Positions 1 to 13,965 of a stretch of DNA of 64,000 nucleotides are shown here, in pieces (position 1 is the stretch's first letter; each line of letters starts with the position of its first letter). Origin of the DNA: Obrimoposthia wandeli (Eukaryota); NCBI GenBank assembly GCA_977020255.1, contig CDROCS010006538.1:1-64000 (forward strand), read 5' to 3'. The position numbers were made by a program, and so were the translations under genes. The notes beneath the pieces were generated by a model, which saw only the letters and a program-made list of their open reading frames with translations, made no database searches and was not told where the DNA came from.

Positions 1-8
1 GCTGAAGC

Positions 9-20
9 TTACGTATTGCT
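9..20 (+). other. Oxford Nanopore ligation adapter remnant
   Basis: TTACGTATTGCT equals the 3' end of the ONT adapter top strand (...GTTCAGTTACGTATTGCT). Identity to the reverse complement of ~23304 begins immediately after it. Confidence 0.75.
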
Positions 21-689
21 TTTTCTGCCACTGAATATTTATAAGCATGGAAAAGTTGGTTGTTGTCGGTATTGTAAGAACCCTAAGACAGAGGGTACCC
101 ATTTTGTCCTTATTTTGTATCTGCGTTGTTTTTGACTAGATTGAGACTCGTTATAACCGTGTTTGTAATAATCGAAGCTTACATCCAAATTTTACCAGGC
201 CTGCAGAAAATGCTAGTTTCAAGCAAAATTATCGTTGATTATACTTTTATTTATATTGTAAAAGAAAGTTGTGAGGAATAAAATAACTTCTTTATAATTT
301 TATTTATAATATATATTGGTAGACAGGTGTGAACGTTGCAGCTTGTCGTTGAATTTGATTGTTATTTTGGTTGTTAAATTTTGAATCATTGAATTGTGGT
401 TGTTGATTCGATTTTTTCTGCTGATTAAATTAGAAACCATATCCTACCTCCAGATCGGATTTTGATCGATAATAATGCTAATTATCTTGTTTTCTTTTTA
501 CATTTTTATTTTAGGGATTAATTTTATGTTCACATCATCATTTCTACCATTATTTATCCAATTTTATTTTTTATTTAATTAACTTAATATTTATTTTATT
601 TTATTATTCGAAATTAAGTCACAATTAATTTTTTTATTGTATTCAAAATTAATATTAGATTATTTTTTTTAATAAATATTATCTTGTAG

Positions 690-3600
690 GTATACGTCTT
701 CGAGGGATGCGTCTGTTTTTCATTTGGTTTCAAATACTCCAATAAAGATGCTCCCAGAGTTTGCTATGATATTTATATAGATTGGCAATGGTGTTTGGAA
801 ACCTATATTAAAAAGAAAAATTTACGAGGATTCAATGACTACTTCAGACAGAAAATCTTAATATTGTCAGTGAAGATCAGTTAACTATTGCGAACCGGAA
901 ATTAAACCAGTATTAATCTAAAATATTGACAAGGAAATTGAAGTAAGTTTATCATTAAATATTAATGCTTTACATATAATGTTTATTTTAATTATCAAAT
1001 AGTTACCCCTGTATTTCCAATATTATTAAACTTTATGATTTAGCAGAAAACCTGCTATATAAAAATCTAATACATACTTATTGTAAACTATATATATTAA
1101 AAGCGTTTAGTTTAATAAAATTATTTTTATTTCTATTTAATCTATGATATATACTTCAGAACTTTAGTAATTCAAAAATAGTTTAATAGTTAAAGAAGGA
1201 GTTTTAAATCTCAAATTTATGGGAGAAAGTAGTTGAAATATATTGTCCAATATAAATAACAATTATAATTTTTGTTGTATTTGCAGCCTTCCGACGAGAG
1301 AATCAGTTTTACTTGCGTTACATGTTACGATATATGATAACCGAAGGTATTCGTATTGATTGATAGAGGATATTGAAATGAAAACACAATGAGTCGTATT
1401 CATTTCTCTTCGAAAAATTTAAGGAGTTCTTTTACCAGTTTTATTTCCAAAGTAGATATCCATATATGTAGCTAATTTTATGTTATATTTAGATGTGATC
1501 CTGACTATACCTTGGAAAGCTGTACGCTTAAATGAGTATAATCCAGATCAATGAATTAGAAAGTTATTCTTTGGTACTACCAAAATATCCAGTAGATGTT
1601 AGTATAATTGCCATTTATCTGGAAGACGAAGTTTTACGATGGCTTTCTGAATTAGTCTATAATCGTCGATCAACTGTTATCAGCTTGATACAGCAGTATT
1701 TCTTAATTTTCGTAATAAGTTCTAAATGCAATTTTTTCCATGGTATTCTTTGATACTTTTACTCGTTTCTTTATGTTACAATATAATTAGCATATTTCCT
1801 GTGTGAAAGCGACTGCTTCTAATTGTACTAAAGCTTAAACTATTGAATAATATCTTTAATTCTTTACAAGCACAATTTATTATTTTATCAGATTAAATAT
1901 ATTTATCAGTTCAAGAGAATCATCTGATACTAAGGAAGGAACTGTCTTAATTTCGGTTCTTATCAAAACCAGAATAAAGTATTTACGATTGAAAGCTACC
2001 TTATAAGGTTTGATGGAGAGGGTCTGAATATCAATATAAACATATTAATATTTGTACTTAAAGTTTTTCCAACTTTTATAAAAATAAATCTGACAATTTT
2101 TCTTGAACAATTTTAATTAATAATAACAAGGAAAGCTCCTGAATTTTTGTAATATTTTAAAATTTAGTTATATCTCTAAAACAATTTGTTTAGAAGGATA
2201 TTTTGCTCCCCTTTCATTATTTCATTATTTATATACTTTGTTTTGTTTTAAATATAAAATTTTAATGAATTCAACCCAAATTTAAAGTTAATATTATTAA
2301 TAATTAAGTATTTCTAGGCGATTATTTCAATTTTAGTAATTTTGGAGGGTTAATACATATTTTCGTGACTACATTATTTTTTCTTTTAAATATTAATTTT
2401 TTATATACTTAAACCTTAAAAATATTTTAAATCGCTTCAATTTTTGAAACCTAAGGAAAGTAATATTTAGACAGTATATTTAGTAATTCGATTTATTTAT
2501 ATATATACTAATTTTAGAGTTATTATGTTAACATTGTTTGAGAGTATTTTATGAATATGAAGATCTGTTATTTTCCTTTGAAAGATTCCTTTGTAAAATC
2601 CATATATGATAATGAATAAGTGATTAATTAAAATGAGTAAATTAACAATACTTTGAAAAATGCACGGATGTGATTTGTCTTGTAGAATCTGCGTGTATAC
2701 AATTAGGAACATTTTGTAAATCGGATAATACTAATTCAAAAGTTCTGATATCTTCGAACAGTAGTAACTAAACTCACATCATATTTTTATATTGTTTCAT
2801 TTTATTATTTAGCATATCTGTTCTTTCAACATATTCACGTATTTGAAAATGTATACATTTTGAGATAATAAATAAATTCTTCAAAGCATTATCGTTCATC
2901 ATGTGTGAACGTTCTCTGTTGAATGAAGAACATCTATCAATAAAATTGAAAATTGTTTTAAAATACGAGTTTATTAACTTATCAACAAATTTTCTAACTT
3001 CAATTTACGATTATCAACTCAAAATGACAAAATTCTCGTCAAAGTATAATTTTTACAAAATATGATATGATTGCATTTGAATTAAAACTATTTTACTGTA
3101 CAAGTTATTAGTTTAAAAAGTATTAGTCATTGAGAATAGTCAAGGTGGAATCTAAATAAAATATAAATTGAAAATCGAATTAATCAGGTTTCACAAACAA
3201 TAATATATATTTAAGAAAAGAAAAGTTTAATTCATTTGATATTGATAATTGTAGCTATAAAATTTCTTACAAATTCTGAGTAAAAGTATATAAAAACTGA
3301 TAGAATTCAAGAATTATTACGTTGAAGATTTCAATATCTCGTCAGTTATGGCCTATTTTAAAAAAAAATACTCTAGGCTCTTAAAAGAATACTGGATAAT
3401 TAGAAAATATCCAATAGTTATAAATGAAATAGCCCTATGCTTTAATCTGGATTTGTGCCTTATTTTAATTTTAAAATATTAAATCATTTTAGATAAAAAT
3501 TGATATTTGTTCCTTTTTCTTCTACGAATAATCATCCGCTACATGCCTGGTTACTTATAATACGATTTCACTTTTACATTGTACAAATTTAGATGCTATT

Positions 3601-5117
3601 TGCAATTATACGATTTTAAAAAAAATTTTGTTGTTGAATTATATACTGTATCTCCAAAACAGTACAATCAGTAGCTAGTCAACTGTGAATGAATAATACT
3701 ATGTTATTGTTTATTTCTATCTCAACAATTTATAGTATAGAAGTCTATCAAATGTGTTTGAGATACCTACTTTTGTAATTACCATAGTTCACCAAAGTGC
3801 AGACACGTGATCGGAATTTCAACAATAGCTTGCATCTGATTGGTTGAAAAATAACACTTATTAGACAAACGTATTTGTAAATGAGCTTTGTAAATGTTTC
3901 TATGCAACTTGTTAGTCAGCTATGACATGACACTTAGATATATTATCGATTAATTACGCATACATTTTGTATTTATTAGTAGTTTTTCTGTATAAATGAG
4001 TGCTGCAAAAACGTAAGGTGTGTTAGAATAAAAGTACAGTGTTAAATGTACTTCAATTCCTGTAATAAACTCCATCACAGAAAGTGTTAGCTTATTGTGT
4101 GAAATACATTTATATTTCCATTCTGATTAGTTTCATATTACTTGGATCGAGCTACTGCAAATATATATATATATATTACTTTTTTAAACCTATGTGCATG
4201 TAGGGATTGTAATGATTTTGTGTGTCATTATTTACGCAAATAAATTATTGGGTAACCAAATCTGAGTTATTTATATGTCATTTATTTTAGGAAATATGTA
4301 CGAAGGGCACTGATTAGTTTTGTAATAATTTATGACATTACTTGAATTCTTATATATATATTTGAATTTTGTAATTTATATCCTTCCTTTTTCAATACTT
4401 TTTTTTTTTTTAATTACAAACTGATTTTTAAAATTTATTAATTGTAATAGTTGTTTATTATTGCAGCTGAAGAAGATGCAAAATATTTTTATTTGGCAGT
4501 CCTGAAAAATGTCAATATCGTGAATCAACTTCTTCAACATGCATTTTATTTTACCAATACAAATGAACAAATCACATTTGCTGCTATATTTGTGTATAAA
4601 TCTTGGCTATTTTATCCACAGCCACCACTCTTTCATGTTAGAAAATGTGTTTCTGACCATGTCGATGAATCACAATTTCACACCATCAGTCTACATCTTT
4701 TGGGGTGAATTTACGTGAGAGCTGCAATCTGAATGATTTACTGTCAACGATCAGCAGGATAAGATGCGCTTTGTCCCACAATGCAGAGGCTTATCTTCAC
4801 AAATGTTGCCACTTTTATCTTTCTCCACACACAAACATATTTTCAAAAGTTTAAACTCAGTGTATCTAACAAGAAACAAAACAGCCAACTACAGATTTAT
4901 TCTGAATTAGCACGCAAGATCATAGAACATATTTATCGACCTTCAGTAAATATTATTGCTAACTTAGATTCAGAGGCATCTTATGAAAGTTTACTGCTGA
5001 ACATAGGTCTTAGATGTTTTTACTCATTTTTCACCTTTAATCTGACCAGTGCATCATTGGATCGCCAATGATGCATCTATTGCCAGTTTTCAGACCTCAA
5101 TGTTTTGCTCATTCGGT
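690..5117 (+). pseudogene. RALGAPA: RalGAP alpha 5' fragment, noisy inverted copy truncated by retrotransposon junction
   Basis: Same exons as 57543-61951 ([43 protein letters not shown]), frameshifted. Ends at ...ctcattcggt. Confidence 0.85.
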
Positions 5118-8100
5118 TTGCACTCGATAACCTCTCAACGGCTGTTAATACATCCACCTCTTCCTCATCTGATGGACATTCTCCTATGACTGGTGCGATG
5201 CAACTAAGTACACAAACTCTTTCTATCTTAGCACCACTCTTTCACCATTCCACATATCTCAATCCGATCTCACCTCTTCTTGGAAAACTCTTCCACTGAT
5301 CAAGTTTTCTTCCTCTCTTTAGTTGCTGTAACTGCAAACTTAAGACCATCTTGTCGCATCATTCACCCATCCATATCTGCACAAATCCTCTCTGCTAGTG
5401 AATCGCTTCCTCTCATCATCTCATCGAACCTTTATACTAATTGGGAATACGTTTCTGGCCTTATGAAGTCATTAACATTCATGTCTGGCTTATTTTAAGG
5501 TCACTTAAAAAACTACGTTTCTTTTCAATCAAAATCTATCACGTACTTCCGGCTTGGTCGTCCAATCTTAAGCACCTTAAAGGATTCCTTCTAGCGCAAC
5601 CTCTCCAATCTCTTCACAACTTCACCTGCAATTTCGCCTCGAAGAGTTCCATTTTCCAAATCAATCACTCTTATTAGCAGTTGGCCAGAAAAATCGGCAA
5701 TTGTTGATCTCCTTTAGAATAGCAAATTCACTCCCACTTGACTGTCCATTTCACTTGCTGTCAACAAAATCACTGACTTCTTACAGCTTCTTACCTCTAC
5801 CGCTATCCATGATTTTCATAAGCTTTCTAAATTTATTAACTCGAGTACCAATCCCTGAAACCGATTCACCAACTCCTCACGTCTCTGTTCTTCCCACTTC
5901 CCCTATTTTAGCCTTTAAAATTCAAGTACTTAGACTCCGATTTACTCCAGCCTGTATAACCTAACTGCGACGACTTCCTCCAATGTTACGACCTTTTATC
6001 TCTCACCTCTCCGGTCGTCTGGAATTTGACCTTGTCCATGATCCCAACTTTAATTTTAGCACTGCAATCAACAAACTCGCTTTCTATTTTAATTGTCCAG
6101 CACGTGCTATTCGTTCTATTTTAAAAAAGATGACGAATGTTGCACCCTTCCCGATATTCACTCCATCATCAGCTATTACACCGACCTCTTCAAATCCATT
6201 TCCACCCCTCCACTGCAAATGTCTCCCTACGCCTTGTGACTTATCTTCTATTGGTCTGCCCATTTCTCCACGGGAAGTCTTGTTAGTTCTCACCTGCAGT
6301 GACTGAGCCCCCAGGTGGCGACTCTGTCCTTTACTCCCATGTTAGAAACTGGATACTGAATACCTTATCACTACAAAGCTTCTGAATTTATTCCTTTCTA
6401 AAGATTTCCATCCGACTATGGCGCTCTTTTGAAACAATTCTGATACCCAAACCAGGCAAAGACCAAACTACTGTCAATTGTTGGCGACCTATTGCAAAAG
6501 CTTAACACTATATATAAAATTCTCACATGTGTTCTTTCAAACCGTTTCTTCACCCCCTTATCACTACCTTCTCTCCGCAATTCCAAAATCTGTTAACACC
6601 AAAAACGGCTGTGGTGAACATAGTTACTTGAGTCAGCTCGATTTGCGAATTTGCTTATAAGAATAAGAAAGAACTTCATATTGCTTTTCTTGATCTCAAA
6701 GACGCAACTTTTCCATCCATTCCACACTGCTCATTTTGATACTCTCAAATCTCTTAAGGTTCCAAACCAATGCGTCATCAAACTTATCACATCCTTGTAT
6801 GAAGGCTGCGCTATCAAAAAGTGGTAAACTTTCCACCCCACCCATTCCGGTTTCAGGGTGTTGAACAGGGATGTCCACTCAGCATGTTTCTCTTCAACCT
6901 TGTTTTTGATCGGAGGCTCTTAGGCATATTCAAACAATTCCGGGTTGTTTTCGTTTCTATGACTATATCATAAAGATTCTCGCTTACGCAGATGACTTTG
7001 TTGTCTTTGGTATTCCCCAACTCGAACTGCAAACAACTCTCATCCATCTCTCCAACTTCACCACCAAACTACAGCTTACCTTTCGCCCTGAAACATGTTT
7101 CCCACTTTGCACTCAACTGTGACTCCGTTGTTCCCATCAAAATTTACAGCAACCCATTCCCATATCTCTGAGTTTGACCATCTTTTTAAATACTTAGGTG
7201 TTCCTATTGGTCACAGGAAATTTCATTGTATTGAAGACATCATCTCTGAAATTGAGTCTGATTTCTGCAAAATATCCTTATCCGGTCTCACCCACAGCAA
7301 AAAATTGAAGCTTTTAAAACTTTCCTTCATAGTAAATCCATTTTTGCTCTTTTGTAACCTTCGCACTCATGTCAACCGGCTCAATGCAACCCACGTCATC
7401 CCTACTGTGACTGCCCTCCTTCACTTAGCCTTGATGTCAAGATTCGTAATATAATACAATCCATTCTTAACAGCTTCCGACCTGCACTAGCCTCAATCTT
7501 TACTACTCTCCTACAAACAGTGGTGGTCTTGGTATCACTCCCTTTGAGGTTGAATTCCATCTTCAATCTGTTGCTCCACACCTTTGCAATTCTCGCTAAC
7601 AGCAATGACCCTATGATTCGTCACGTCTCCAAACTCGAACTTTCTGACCTCACCTCGCGCTGCGCGTGCCCTTGCACTAATAACGGAGAATGGATCAATG
7701 GTGCCCCAAGCGACCAGCACTCTGACAGATGTTGGTTTTAACTGTTTCCACCATGCGCCACTTAACTTCAATCGAATTTTTCAGATGAAGCTTTTCCTTG
7801 ACTTCAATGAAAATAGCCCTTTCTCAAAATCGATGCTGACTTTACTGCTCTTTGGAAATGGTCTCTATCCGCAGGCTGCCCTCTTGCGAGCTCTCCAAGA
7901 TTAGCGGCTTTCTAAATGGCTCCGCATCGCCAATTCAAAGAACGCTGCCTTTAAGCTGGGCTAAACAACGCCATCAGGCACCTACACCTTCCCACTCATA
8001 GCAGCCACTTCCCAAGCAGTTCAACTGTTTCTAACACACGCAACCTCCCCTCTCTCCTAAAACGTTTTAATTTCTACTCTCCGTGTACGCCTCAACCTCT

Positions 8101-9255
8101 CCACTCAATGCATAACCGTTGGTTTAGGGAAGGGGAAATCAGTCATGCCGACTTAACTGTGATGATGTTCCCAGCTTGTGCCCACGTTGCGGTTCAGAGG
8201 TGTCCCTTGACTTCTTCCCTACTTTTTTACACGCCACAACAATGTCCTTCATCTTCACATTGCAGAAGGTGTTAAAATCCTTTATAAGGTGAATCCTTTT
8301 TAACTTTACATTGTACGTATCTCCACCACTCTCTCTTCCGCCACTATCGATCTGCGCTGAAATTCATATCACTCCAGATAGTGATTTAAGTTTAAAGGTT
8401 GCAATTGATCGCTGCTTCAACTTTGACATTGTTCGCACTGAAGCTACCCAAAAAGTATGTGCTCTTACATTAAATAACGTATCGCTCTCTCACGCGCTTT
8501 TATCAAACCTTTTTGGGTTTTTATCTCAGGGGCTCTTAATAAGGCTGAAAAATTCTCAAATGGGATGGCTTTCCCTGAGGCTTCCTCATTACTGCGACAC
8601 CCATTTTACTATTATAATGTTAAGCAACATTAATTACTCATGTCACATTTATTTTTCTTTCATAGACCGAGTTCACCAGATCAACCCTGTTCCTACTCCT
8701 TTCGGGACTGTCTCAGATGATGTCCTGTTTTGCAACACCTCTCCTAATCCGACCCTCTCAAAATAAATCTCTTGTTCATCGTCCACAGATGCAACTATGC
8801 CGACATATCTAAATCTAAAGCCACTATCGATTCTCTGTTTAATACTTTACAATGGTTACTGCACGCGCTTGCCTCTGACACAAACGTCAAACTTCTCAGT
8901 CAGTGATCAAGCTGTGTCTTAGGTCAATCACAGCTTCAGCTCTCGGCTGAACATCTCTTTTCCGGCTACATTTCCGTTTCAAGACATCCCTCTTGCTTGA
9001 GTACTATCCTGTGAAACATTTGACTTGAATCTTGCTGTGACAACTTTTCAATGTTTTGTGATTTACAATATATGAAACTTCATGCCTTTTTTATTTGCCG
9101 GGCTCCGGTTTAAAGGAGAAAGCAAAGGCGGGCTGTGGTATTATGAACTCATTTTCAAATGAGTTCATTTTAATATTATTAAAACATAAGACAAATTATA
9201 AAATAAAAAGAAACTTTCTATAAAAACTGTAAAATCATTAATAAAATAAAAGATG
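5118..9255 (+). mobile_element. RLE-type non-LTR retrotransposon (R2/NeSL-like), arm 1
   Basis: RT motifs across frames: APGGD, WRPIA, HIAFLDLKDAF, ILAYADDF (YADD at 6985-6996), FKYLGVPIG. Also a CCHC knuckle, RHNN and an ITPD endonuclease segment. Confidence 0.9.
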
Positions 9256-10059
9256 GAATAACAAAGGCTTTACATTCTTGGCATTAAGAACCGTACCACC
9301 GGATTTTCGTGCGACATAAGAGACCAAGAATTGGTGGTCAACATATGGGCCAGATGATGCCAGCACGCTCATATATTAGAAAAGGGGGTTTGTCACGAAC
9401 GCTAGGGTGTCAGAACAAAAACAAAGTATTCAGGTGGGGTTATTGGAGGAAAGAAACGTGGTGTTGGGGTTTCTATACGAAACGGTACAGATCCTCTTAA
9501 TGTGCGGAGGGCCCCAACGTGAGTTCGGGCCAGAAGCAGGTCTTAAAGTTGGTCGTGGCCTGCACTTGGTTTTATGGTTACTTCATCTCTTGTACTATCT
9601 GAAGGTATTTGATTTTGAGGGTATCTCTTTATTCTGAAGAGGTGCAAAAAATAACTTGTTCTAATGTGGAAATTGTTTATTGGTAACACACTAAACTAAA
9701 AACACAACAATACGTTTGCGTACGTATTTTCCTAAAAGTATAGTATTAAATTCCTAAGACTTCTGTAAGTCTCTCTACAACAAGTGAGGGATGAACCACG
9801 TATCGATTTTATGTTAAAGGTTAGTCCAGGTTCCAGGTGTTCCTCTAACTTTCATGAGCAAGCTCAGTTATGAATTTCCAGGTAATGACTTTTATGTCAA
9901 ATTCTACTTTAATTCATTTAACTTTAATGACAAGCTTTATCTTTATACCAAAACTGCGGCAATTTAGGTAAAAACTTACTCTTCAGCTCTATGTCAATTC
10001 AGAACCAAAACTTTTCTTCAAACCTCTCCCACAACTCTAGACAAAACTTCTCATAACTA

Positions 10060-10340
10060 ACTTTTTATGTCAATTTTAGGACAAATTATACAATTTGTAA
10101 TATCAACTTTTATGACAATTCTAAGGAAAATTATACAAATTGTAATATCAGCACATGACATTCTACAGGAAAAAAATTAGGGCAAAATTCATATTATAAA
10201 CTTTATGACAATTCTAAGGGGAAATTAGACAAATTATAATAATCAACTTTATGACAATTCTAAGGAAAAATTAGACAAATTATAATGTCAACTTTATGAC
10301 CAAGTTTAAGGGAAAATAAAGATAGATTATATCTCAACTT
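10060..10340. repeat. AT-rich ~45 bp tandem repeat, ~6 copies
   Basis: Unit approx caactttatgacaattctaaggaaaaattagacaaattataatat. Confidence 0.85.
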
Positions 10341-10359
10341 TGGCAAGTTTAAAACAAAT

Positions 10360-11612
10360 TTCTTTTATAAAATCACTATAACTTCTTTGCTTCAATTTTC
10401 TTTTACTGGACAAAAGTTAGGACAAATTTCTTTTTGCTTAAAATCACTATAACTTCTTTACTTCAATTTCTTTACTAGGATAAAGTTCGGACAGTTTCTT
10501 TTATAAATCACTATAAATTTTTTACTTCAATTTTTTTTATAGGATAAAGAAGTTAAATTGGGAATTTCTTTTTTATAAATCACTATAACTTTTTTTACTT
10601 CAATTTCCTAACATAGGATAAAAGTTAGGACAAATTTCTTTTTATGAAATCACTATAGCTTTTTTGCTTCAATTCTTTATAGGACAAAAGTTAGGACAAA
10701 TTTCTTTTATAAAATCACTATAACTTCTTTTACTTCAATTTCTTTTTATAGGACAAAAGTTAGGACAAATTTCTTTTTATAAATCTACTATAACCTTTTA
10801 CGTAATTTCTTTATGAGACAAAAAGTTAGGACAAATTTCTTTTATAAAATCACTATAACTTCTTTACTTCAATTTCTTTTATAAGACGAAAAGTTCGGAC
10901 TCCTGTTTTATAATCACTATAACTTTTTACTTCAATTTTCTTTATAGGACAAAAAGTTAGGACAAATTTCTTTTTATAAATCACTATAACTTTTTTTTTT
11001 ACTTCAATTTCTTTTATAGACAAAAAGTTCAGGACAAATTTCAACTTTATAAAATCACTATAACTTCTTTACTTCAATTTCTTTTATAGGACAAAGTTGG
11101 GACAAATTTCTTTTCTCTGTCACTATAACTTTTTACTTCAATTTCTTTTATAGGACAAAAGTTAGGACAAATTTCTTTTATAAATCACTATAACTTTTTA
11201 CTTCAATTTCTTTTTATGGACCAGGTGAGGGACAGAATTTCTTTTATAAATCACCATAACTTTTTTACTTCAATTCTTTATGGGACAAAAAGTTAGGACA
11301 AACGTTCTTTTATAAAATCACTCTAACTTTTTGCTTCAATTTCTTTATAAGGACAAAGTTAGGGACAATTTCTTTTATAAATCACTATAACTTTTTCCTT
11401 CCAATTTCCTGGGACAAAAGTTAGGACCAATTTCTTTTATAAATCACTATAACTTTTATTAATTTCTTTTATAGGACAAAAGTTAGGTTAAATTTCTTTT
11501 ATAAATCACTATAACTTTTTTACTTCAATTGTTCTACTTTTATAGGACAAAAAGTTAGGACAAATTTCTTTTATAAATCACTATAACTTCTTTACTTCAA
11601 TTTCTTTTTATA
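10360..11612. repeat. ~67 bp minisatellite, 19 copies
   Basis: The cactataac marker recurs 19 times from 10374 to 11579. Unit approx tttataaaatcactataactttttacttcaatttctttttataggacaaaagttaggacaaatttc. Confidence 0.95.
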
Positions 11613-11662
11613 AAATCGGCAACTGACTTCAACACCTATACCTTCAATTTTGGAATTTGAAA

Positions 11663-11863
11663 ACGAGAAGTTAGGAGCGGCGATCTCGGCAATCAGCGAG
11701 CTCTCAATTGACGAAGTTAGGAGCGGCGATCTCGGCAATCAGCAGCTCTCAATTGACGAAGTTAAGAGCGATCTCGGTAATCAGCAGCTCTCAATTGACG
11801 AAGTTAGGAGCGGCGATCTCGGCAATCAGCAGCTCTCAATTGACGAAGTTAGGAGCGGCGATT
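11663..11863. repeat. GC-rich 45 bp tandem repeat, ~4.5 copies
   Basis: Unit acgaagttaggagcggcgatctcggcaatcagcagctctcaattg, head-to-tail with no spacers. Confidence 0.95.
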
Positions 11864-12534
11864 ACTGTTAGAGAATACGGACTGTGGAACTGGCCTCTGT
11901 GTTGCTTCGGTCGTGTCTCTGCTAGAACTGTTTTTAATGAAGCTAATTTAATCTGATCCTTGATTGGCTCTTCGCTAGTGACTCAATCTCTTCGTCTGTT
12001 CTAGATTAATTTAATTTATGGAAACTAACAAATTTCCACTCACCAATTTTCCGAGTCCTGGAATTCCTGAGATATTGCTTTCCTTCTCCTCGTTGTGTTC
12101 GTTCTGCCTGTCTTTTATAGTGTTCAGTCTGTCACTCAATCGACAGCTGAAAATAGGCGAACTGGAATCTGTCACTCAATCGACAGCTGAAATAGTCTAA
12201 ATTTGATTAATCTTATTGCACTTAAAAATGTGCTTACTTTTCCTGATTAACGTCTCTTGATTGACGTTACTAATTAGCTTCTTAAATTAATGACTTTTTC
12301 CTTAATTAACGTGTCTTTCTTTTTTTGTCCTTTTGGTTAATTAACTCTAAACTTATATACACCTCACACCATACACGACCTTCGTGGTCCTCCTAATTTT
12401 TACCCTAAATTCCACTAATTTTAATTTTAAAACTAAAATTAATATTTTAATTTAATTTTCAACCTTGCTTTCAAGGATTTTTATTTTAGTATTTAATCGA
12501 CTAAAATATTTAAATTTCTTAATTCTCAAACCTA

Positions 12535-13965
12535 ACAGTGGAAACGATAGACTGTGCTGAAGTTAACATAGAATTAGGGAGAATTAGTGAAGCTAATCAA
12601 CGCATTAACAGTACCAGAGATTACCGGGAACTTAGAGGTACTAAATTGGTCAGTAGAAGCAAAAAAGTGTATCGAATATTGCAAAATTATTTCCAAAGAC
12701 ATGAAAATAATAGCAAACAAACTGAAAGCTTTGTCAATAAATTATAATACCAAATCACATTGTTTGAATAAAACAAATTATTCAAACATATTAGATTATC
12801 ATCTTAATACCTACATATTTTATTCAAATTTCTAAATAATTTTTAAATTTTATTTTATAAAATAGTAAAATTAAGAGTCTTAAGTGAATAAGAGTTAATA
12901 AGAGTTGGAGAGTATGGTTTAAAATGATACTAAATGATACCAAGAGTAAGTACAAAAATAAAATAGTTAGTAATATCAAATAAGTAAAAAATTATAGAGT
13001 ATGACTGAAAGTGTAACCGAGGACGTTAATTAGTATAATAGTAATCTTCACAACAAAAATACATATATATATATATATATATATTTAAATTGCTTGATAT
13101 TTTTGCCATTGTCTTTTGAATTTTCTATTTATTTCTACAAAATTCATTTTATATATTAAACAATATTTCTTTACCACATTATTATAGTTTTTAAAAGTAA
13201 TTTTTGAATGTCTAGTAAACAAAACAAAATTAAATAACATGAAATAACTTTTAATATTTGAAAGAATAAACTTAATAGTAACTTCTATTTGAGATTTAGA
13301 TTATATACAGTCGGCGTGATACAGCTACTAACTTTATAATTAAATTATTATTATAGTTTAAAGAAAAAATCACTTGATAAAAACTATAATAATGTGGTAA
13401 AGAAATATTGTTTAATATATAAAATGAATTTTGTAGAAATAAATAGAAAGGAGGACAATAACAAAATATCAAGCAATTTAAATAATATATATATATATAT
13501 ATATGTATTTTTGTTGTGAAAATTATATTATGATTAGCGTCCTCGATTTTCAGTCATATAATTTTACTTATTTGAATATTACAACTATTTTATTTTGCTA
13601 TATTGGTAGTCATTTAGTATCATTTTAAGTATATTATTCACTTAAGACTTATTTTATAAAATAAGGAAATTTAAAATTATTTAAAATTTGAATAAAAAGA
13701 ATATGTAGGTATTAAATGATAATCTAATAATGTTTGAATAATTTACATTTATTCGTGTGTGTTTAAAATTTGTATTATAGTGTAGAGTTGTTTATATTAT
13801 TTTCATGTCTTTTGGAAAACAATTTTGCAATATTCGATTTACACTTTTTTTCTACTGACCAATTTAGTACCTCTGGGATTCCAGTCTGGTACTGGTAATA
13901 CTTGATTCTTCACTAATTCTCCCTAATTATGTTAACTTCAGCACAGTCACCACGTTTCCTCAATA
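12535..13965. repeat. ~0.6 kb inverted repeat enclosing a ~185 bp inverted copy of 25051-25238
   Basis: 13373-13965 is the reverse complement of ~12535-13190. The spacer 13188-13372 is the reverse complement of 25051-25238. Confidence 0.9.

Larger units (their letters stand above)
21..9460. repeat. ~9.4 kb inverted copy of 13950-23304
   Basis: Colinear reverse-complement match along its length, e.g. ORF 4451/4781(+) vs 18150-18875(-) and 2497(-) vs 20597(+). This arm has many indels. Confidence 0.95.

Noticed and set aside
9250-9660. LTR-retrotransposon integrase tail on the minus strand
   Set aside because: Only vague motifs (RWGPPHIK, GTVLNAKNVKP) in noisy sequence, and the two arms disagree.
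10853-11044. ORF in the 67 bp array
   Set aside because: A by-product of the repeat. Most units contain stops in all frames.
11663-11863. CRISPR array
   Set aside because: The repeats are head-to-tail with no unique spacers, there are no cas genes, and the context is eukaryotic.
10360-11863. Telomeric TTAGG tract
   Set aside because: TTAGG appears only as an isolated motif within longer units and never as (TTAGG)n.
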